A DNA stretch of 32,000 bases from Tannockella kyphosi (GTDB lineage: Bacteria > Bacillota_I > Bacilli_A > Erysipelotrichales > Coprobacillaceae). This document shows positions 27,040-32,000 of the stretch, piece by piece. The position numbers and the translations under genes are program-made. The stretch is from the NCBI RefSeq assembly GCF_021054785.1, contig NZ_CP088239.1, forward strand, positions 390,001 through 422,000, written 5' to 3'. A model generated the notes under the pieces. The model searched no databases, was not told the DNA's origin, and saw only the letters and a list, made by a program, of their open reading frames with translations. Position 1 is the stretch's first letter; every line of letters starts with the position of its first letter.

Positions 27040-27720
27040 ATGGAAATAAGTGTATTATTAAATAAATTAGGTATTCCCTATAAAGATATCCATTTATATG
27101 TAGAGGCGTTTACACATCCTTCTTATTCAAATGAAAGAGGTCATGGAATGCATGATTATGAGCGTTTGGAGTTTTTAGGAGATGCAGTATTACAATACTA
27201 TGTATCTGTCTACTTATTTGATTTATATAAGGATATTCCGGAAGGACAATTAACGACATTACGTTCTAAGTTAGTCCGTGAAGAATCTTTAGCTAGATTT
27301 GCTAGAGAATTAGATTTAGGTCCTTGTATTTTACTAGGAACAGGTGAAAAGAATAGTGGTGGAGATAATCGAGATAGTGTTTTAGCAAATGTCTTTGAAG
27401 CTTTTATGGGAGCAATTAATTTAGATTGTGGACAAGTTGAAGTTTTAAAAATATTAGATCGTACTATTTATAGTCATGTTACCGATATCCATTATGACAA
27501 TATTACAGATTATAAAACAACACTTCAAGAATTAGTACAAGCAGATTCTCGTAAAACAGTAAATTATCAATTACTATCTTGTATTGGTCCTTCCAATGCT
27601 CCTGTATTTAATGTAGCTGTTAAAATGGATGAAATGATTTTAGGAGAAGGAACGGGAACTAGTAAGAAAAAAGCAGAGCAACAAGCAGCAAAATCAGCAT
27701 TAGAAAAAATGGCAAGATAA
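27040..27720 (+). CDS. rnc: Ribonuclease III
   Basis: RNase III signature ERLEFLGDAVL plus a C-terminal dsRBD (GTGTSKKKAEQQAAKSALEKM). The ATG immediately follows the plsX TAA. Confidence 0.95.
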   Translation: MEISVLLNKLGIPYKDIHLYVEAFTHPSYSNERGHGMHDYERLEFLGDAVLQYYVSVYLFDLYKDIPEGQLTTLRSKLVREESLARFARELDLGPCILLGTGEKNSGGDNRDSVLANVFEAFMGAINLDCGQVEVLKILDRTIYSHVTDIHYDNITDYKTTLQELVQADSRKTVNYQLLSCIGPSNAPVFNVAVKMDEMILGEGTGTSKKKAEQQAAKSALEKMAR

Positions 27721-27780
27721 TAGAGGCATACGCCTATTCTATTATCTTTTTTTTACATATTTTATGTTGGAGGGGATAAA

Positions 27781-28083
27781 ATGTATAATAATTATATGAA
27801 TATGATGTTTGATAATCAAATGCCAATACCTAGAGAGGTAGAGAAAAATCCTAGAAATAGCAAACCAGGCTATCAAAAAGTAGGAGATATTTTCTTATAT
27901 GTAGTGCAACCTGGAGATAACTTATATCAATTAGCGAAAATGTTTCAAACACAACCAGAAATCATTTTATGTTTTAATCAGTTAGATATGGCTTGTAAAA
28001 TACAGCCAGGACAAGAGTTATTAGTACCGGTAGTATATGATTGTATAAATAATAATAGAAATGGGTATGGATTATATTTCTAA
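27781..28083 (+). CDS. Small LysM domain protein with no signal peptide
   Basis: YVVQPGDNLYQLAKMFQTQPEIILCFNQL...IQPGQELLVP fits the LysM fold pattern. GGAGGGG RBS is present. 100 aa. Confidence 0.7.
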   Translation: MYNNYMNMMFDNQMPIPREVEKNPRNSKPGYQKVGDIFLYVVQPGDNLYQLAKMFQTQPEIILCFNQLDMACKIQPGQELLVPVVYDCINNNRNGYGLYF

Positions 28084-28158
28084 AAATGTGATTAGGAATG
28101 GATTTTTTTTAAAAAAAAGAGTATGATAGAGAAAATCATTAATTGTAAGGGGAAGAAC

Positions 28159-29619
28159 ATGGGTAATTATGTTGGAAGTAAAAGAAATTTAACATTGTTA
28201 ATGGATTTGTATGAATTAACGATGTCATACAATTATTTTAAACAAGGGAATAAGGATAGAATTGTATATTTTGATATGTTTTATCGTAAAAATCCTGATG
28301 ATGCAGGATTTGCAATTTTCGCTGGATTACAACAATTAATAGAATGTATTGAACAGCTTCATTTTAGTGAGGGAGATATTGAATATCTTGCCTCTTTACA
28401 TAAGTTTGATGATGAGTTCTTTGAATATTTACGAACTTTTAAGTTTAATGGATCTGTTTATGCGATAAAAGAGGGGACTCCAGTATTTCCTAACGAACCA
28501 TTAATCACCATTAAAGCAACCATCATTGAGGCACAGTTAATTGAAACATTATTATTAGTAACTGTAAATCACCAATCATTAATTGCAACCAAAGCATCTC
28601 GTATTGTTCAAGAAGCAAAAGGGAGACCAGTATTTGAATTTGGTGCAAGAAGAGCACAAGGATATGATAGTGCTACTTATGGGGCAAGGGCAGCTTATAT
28701 AGGAGGGGTTAGTGCAACGGCAACTCTTTCGGCAGGTAAAATGTTTAATATCCCTGTAGTAGGTACGATGGCTCATTCATTTGTGCAATCTTTTGATAGT
28801 GAATATGAAGCATTTGAAGCTTTTGCGAAAGTATATAGTGATGATTGTATCTTATTAGTAGATACTTATGATACATTAAAGAGTGGAGTACCAAATGCTA
28901 TTAAAATTGCAAAAGAAGTATTAGCGCCAATGGGTAAAAAACTAAAAGGTATACGTTTAGATAGTGGAGATATTTCTTATTTATCAAAAAGAGCAAGAAT
29001 GATGTTAGATATAGTAGGATTAACAGATGTTATGATTAGTGCATCTAATTCATTAGATGAATATTTAGTACGTTCTATTTTAGATCAAGGTGCTAAATTA
29101 GATTCATTTGGTATTGGTGAAAACTTAATTGTTTCTCGTAGTTCACCTGTATTTGGTGGTGTTTATAAGTTAGTAGCTTTAGAAAAAGATGGAGAAATTG
29201 TTCCTAAAATTAAGATTTCTGAAAACACAGAAAAAATCACAAATCCTGGATATAAGAAATTATATCGTTTATTTGAAAAGGAAACGAATAAGGCAATTGC
29301 AGACTTAATGACATTCCATGATCAAATAATCGATCCAACTAAAGATTTAGTAATCTATCATCAAACCAATGTATGGAAATCAAAAACATTAGAAGCAAAT
29401 ACTTATTTTGCAAAATCACTACAAGAAGATGTTTTCATTGATGGAAAATGTGTCTATCCACAATATACCCTTCAAGAAATTAGAGAATATAGTGTCGCAC
29501 AAAAAGAATTATTATGGGATGAAATATTCCGTTTAGAATATCCTCATAGCTACTATGTAGACTTAACAAAAGAATTATTAGATTATAAAATTAAAATGTT
29601 AGAACAAAAACGTAAATAA
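28159..29619 (+). CDS. pncB: Nicotinate phosphoribosyltransferase
   Basis: LLMDLYELTMSYNYF, GTMAHSFVQSF and RLDSGD are NaPRTase motifs. The start is re-called to the ATG at 28159 (AAGGGGA 5 nt upstream). The ATG at 28123 remains possible. Confidence 0.88.
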   Translation: MGNYVGSKRNLTLLMDLYELTMSYNYFKQGNKDRIVYFDMFYRKNPDDAGFAIFAGLQQLIECIEQLHFSEGDIEYLASLHKFDDEFFEYLRTFKFNGSVYAIKEGTPVFPNEPLITIKATIIEAQLIETLLLVTVNHQSLIATKASRIVQEAKGRPVFEFGARRAQGYDSATYGARAAYIGGVSATATLSAGKMFNIPVVGTMAHSFVQSFDSEYEAFEAFAKVYSDDCILLVDTYDTLKSGVPNAIKIAKEVLAPMGKKLKGIRLDSGDISYLSKRARMMLDIVGLTDVMISASNSLDEYLVRSILDQGAKLDSFGIGENLIVSRSSPVFGGVYKLVALEKDGEIVPKIKISENTEKITNPGYKKLYRLFEKETNKAIADLMTFHDQIIDPTKDLVIYHQTNVWKSKTLEANTYFAKSLQEDVFIDGKCVYPQYTLQEIREYSVAQKELLWDEIFRLEYPHSYYVDLTKELLDYKIKMLEQKRK

Positions 29620-29630
29620 TGGAGAATAAA

Positions 29631-30467
29631 ATGATTGTAACTGTTGTAGGTTTAGGTGTTATTGGAGGAAGTTTTGTAAAAGCACTAGATGGGTTAGGAT
29701 ATGAAGTTTATGGAGTTGATACAAACCAAGAAACTTTAGATATGGCAAAACAAGGTGGTTATATTAAAGATGGATTTATAGATGGTAGTGATATTGTTAG
29801 TAAAAGTGATTTAACGATTATCTGCTTATATCCTACTTTAGTATTAGATTTTATTAAAAGTATGACTTTTAAAAAAGGGAGTATTATTAGTGATGCAGTT
29901 GGAATTAAGTCTTATTTTCTAGAAGAAGCATTGAAATTGATTGATTCTGATGTAGAGTTTGTTAGTGGACATCCAATGGCTGGTAGAGAGAAAAAAGGGT
30001 TTTTATATGCTAGTAAGGAAGTATTTCAAAACGCTAATTATATTTTAATAGAACATTTAGAAAATAAAAAAGAAACAATTTCTTTTATGGAGAAGTTTGT
30101 TGCGTCTTTAGGATTTAAAAGTGTTAAAATTATGTCTCCAGAAGCACATGATGAGATTATCTCTTTTACTTCTCAATTGCCTCATGCGATTGCTGTTGCA
30201 TTAATTAATAGTGATCATCAAAAATATGATACAGTAAAATATATTGGAGATTCTTATCGTGATTTAACAAGAATTGCAAATATTAATGAAGATTTGTGGG
30301 CTGAGTTATTTTTAAATAATAAAGAGTATTTATTACAGTCAATTGCTTTGTTTGAAAAGGAACTAGATGAAATAAAAGACTTCATTCATACTAAAGATGA
30401 ACAAGGATTAAAAGAAAAATTCAGAGAATCTTCTCTTCGTCGTCAAAATTTAGAAAAAAAGTTTTAA
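29631..30467 (+). CDS. tyrA: Prephenate dehydrogenase
   Basis: Rossmann motif VVGLGVIGGS plus SGHPMAGREKKG. The start is re-called to the ATG at 29631 (GGAG 6 nt upstream). The ATG at 29619 overlaps the pncB stop. There is no ACT domain. Confidence 0.8.
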   Translation: MIVTVVGLGVIGGSFVKALDGLGYEVYGVDTNQETLDMAKQGGYIKDGFIDGSDIVSKSDLTIICLYPTLVLDFIKSMTFKKGSIISDAVGIKSYFLEEALKLIDSDVEFVSGHPMAGREKKGFLYASKEVFQNANYILIEHLENKKETISFMEKFVASLGFKSVKIMSPEAHDEIISFTSQLPHAIAVALINSDHQKYDTVKYIGDSYRDLTRIANINEDLWAELFLNNKEYLLQSIALFEKELDEIKDFIHTKDEQGLKEKFRESSLRRQNLEKKF

Positions 30468-30472
30468 AATAG

Positions 30473-30503
30473 AAAAACTAACTTGAAAAGGGTTAGTTTT
30501 TTT
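30473..30503 (+). terminator. Intrinsic terminator after tyrA
   Basis: AAAACTAAC-(loop)-GTTAGTTTT followed by a T-run. Confidence 0.7.
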
Positions 30504-30562
30504 AAATGTCAATGTTGTAGCGGTTACATTCTTGAAAAAGCTTATAATATATACCTTTTTAC

Positions 30563-30580
30563 ACGTTAAATATTTAACTT
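30563..30580. promoter_or_regulatory. Candidate Rex-type operator (box 1) upstream of rnfC
   Basis: ACGTTAAATATTTAACTT compared with the clostridial Rex consensus TTGTTAA-N4-TTAACAA. The 14-bp core GTTAAATATTTAAC is a perfect palindrome. Confidence 0.3.
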
Positions 30581-30596
30581 GAAGTTAGACAATTGC

Positions 30597-30614
30597 TTGT
30601 TAAAAAATTAATTA
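30597..30614. promoter_or_regulatory. Candidate Rex-type operator (box 2) upstream of rnfC
   Basis: TTGTTAAAAAATTAATTA: the left half matches 7/7 and the right half 5/7 against TTGTTAA-N4-TTAACAA. Confidence 0.25.
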
Positions 30615-30655
30615 TGAATTCTTGAAAATATAGATAAAATCTATGTTTTTAGGTA

Positions 30656-30684
30656 TTGAATTTGTGAAAATAGAGGAGTATAGT
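30656..30684 (+). promoter_or_regulatory. Sigma-A promoter candidate for the rnf operon
   Basis: TTGAAT (30656-30661), a 17-nt spacer, and TATAGT (30679-30684). GGGGAGG RBS and the ATG follow about 30 nt downstream. Confidence 0.55.
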
Positions 30685-30714
30685 TTAATTATAAGAGGAT
30701 TTGGGGAGGTATTT

Positions 30715-32000
30715 ATGAAGCATCTTAGTTTTGAGGGTGGAATCCATCCTGGTGATTTTAAAGATATCGCTAAAAACCATGAAATAAAGGAAGTTTTACC
30801 TGGTGATATTGTTCTTATTCCATTATCACAACATATTGGAGCTCCCGCTATACCTTTAGTGGAAAAGGGGGATGAAGTATTAGTTGGTCAACTAATTGCA
30901 GAAGCTGGAGGGTTTGTTTCGGCTAATGTGCATTCTAGTGTATCAGGTAAAGTGAAGGGGATAAAAAGTAGTTTTAGTACTACTGGCTTTCAAGTTCAAT
31001 GTATTGAAATTGAAAACAATCATCTATATGAACATGTTTCTTTTGATTCTAGGTTGTTGGAAAATGTAGAAAAGGAAGAAATATTAGAACGTATTAAAAA
31101 TGCTGGTGTTGTTGGTATGGGTGGAGCTGGTTTTCCTAGTCATGTTAAACTTGCGCCTAAAAACCCAGAAGCAATTGATTGTTTGATTGTGAATGCAGCA
31201 GAGTGTGAACCTTATATTACAGCTGATTATCGTTGTATGTTAGAAGCTAGTGATGAATTTTTGTTAGGGATAGAAGTTGTTTTAAAATTGTTTGATAAAG
31301 CAGTAGCTTATATAGGTATTGAAGATAATAAAATGGATTGTATTGCACTATTACAAGATAAGTGCAAGGATAAAGATAATATTAAGGTAATTCCTTTAGT
31401 AACTAAATATCCTCAAGGAGGAGAAAGACAATTAATTCATGCAATTACAGGTCGTAAGTTAAATAGTTCGATGTTACCTAATGATGTTGGATGTATTGTA
31501 AATAATGTAGAAAGTTTTATTGCTATAAAAAAAGCGGTTATCGATGGTATACCAGCTTATCAAAGAATATTGACTTTATCAGGTGATTGTTTACAATCTC
31601 CTGGTAATTATCTAATTTCGGTAGGGATGACACATCAAGAGTTAATTGATCAAACGGGAGGATTTGTTCTAACACCTAGTAAAATCATTAGTGGTGGACC
31701 AATGATGGGATTTAGTATTTTCCATTTGGATACTCCTTTTACTAAAACATCTTCTTCAATTGTTTGTTTACATGAAGATGTTGTATCCATGTGCGAAAGT
31801 AGTGTTTGTATTAATTGTGGACGTTGTGTTTCTGTTTGTCCAAGTAAATTAGTTCCATCTCGTCTTGCTAAGGCAGCTGAAAATGGGGATCAACAAGGAT
31901 TTATGGATTATCATGGATTAGAATGTATTGAATGTGGTAGTTGTTCTTATGTTTGTCCGGCTAAAAAACATTTAAAACAATCTATTAGTAATGCAAAGAA
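30715..32000 (+). CDS. rnfC: Rnf electron transport complex subunit C (RnfC); the 3' end lies beyond the window
   Basis: Absent from the ORF track because it has no stop codon. I translated it by hand from the ATG at 30715 and it stays open to base 32000. The product reads MKHLSFEGGIHP..., GMGGAGFPSHVKL, NAAECEPYITADYR, KYPQGGERQLI, and two ferredoxin motifs, CINCGRCVSVCP and CIECGSCSYVCP. Confidence 0.92.
   Translation, partial: MKHLSFEGGIHPGDFKDIAKNHEIKEVLPGDIVLIPLSQHIGAPAIPLVEKGDEVLVGQLIAEAGGFVSANVHSSVSGKVKGIKSSFSTTGFQVQCIEIENNHLYEHVSFDSRLLENVEKEEILERIKNAGVVGMGGAGFPSHVKLAPKNPEAIDCLIVNAAECEPYITADYRCMLEASDEFLLGIEVVLKLFDKAVAYIGIEDNKMDCIALLQDKCKDKDNIKVIPLVTKYPQGGERQLIHAITGRKLNSSMLPNDVGCIVNNVESFIAIKKAVIDGIPAYQRILTLSGDCLQSPGNYLISVGMTHQELIDQTGGFVLTPSKIISGGPMMGFSIFHLDTPFTKTSSSIVCLHEDVVSMCESSVCINCGRCVSVCPSKLVPSRLAKAAENGDQQGFMDYHGLECIECGSCSYVCPAKKHLKQSISNAK

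Noticed and set aside
27721-27755. Possible terminator after rnc (interrupted stem ATAGAGGC...GCCTATTCTAT followed by T8)
   Set aside because: The stem is only 4+4 bp with a 3-nt bulge, and the T-run is offset from it. I am not confident enough to call it.

Overview
AT-rich (about two-thirds A+T by eye) chromosomal segment from a low-GC Bacillota, probably an anaerobe because an Rnf complex gene is present. I cannot assign a species without a database search. I support 30 protein-coding genes, 29 of them on the + strand, and nearly all are core housekeeping genes. The window reads as several gene blocks whose order matches Bacillus subtilis, as I recall its map. Block 1: M50 protease, rplU, prp, rpmA, obg. 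Block 2: ruvA, ruvB. Block 3: comEA, comEC, holA. Block 4: hemW, hrcA, grpE, dnaK, dnaJ. Block 5: rpmB (minus strand), then yloU-like, yloV-like, recG, plsX, rnc. The window ends with LysM protein, pncB, tyrA and a 3'-truncated rnfC that the ORF track misses because it has no stop codon. About ten ORF-track starts are over-extended; I re-called them from Shine-Dalgarno spacing and conserved N-termini. Regulatory elements readable by eye include two CIRCE operators around the hrcA promoter, several sigma-A-type promoters, about ten intrinsic terminators and a probable L21 leader. I see no tRNA or rRNA genes, CRISPR array, transposase, integrase, prophage, toxin-antitoxin pair or recognisable defence island, and no convincing undescribed multi-gene system. 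The best candidate for lineage-specific biology is a 5.5-kb insertion between yloV and recG carrying asnB, an LRR wall-anchored protein and an O-antigen-ligase-like membrane protein. Next are unassigned perfect inverted repeats at the asnB promoter and Rex-like boxes upstream of rnfC. All family assignments come from motifs read by eye and need HMM or BLAST confirmation.
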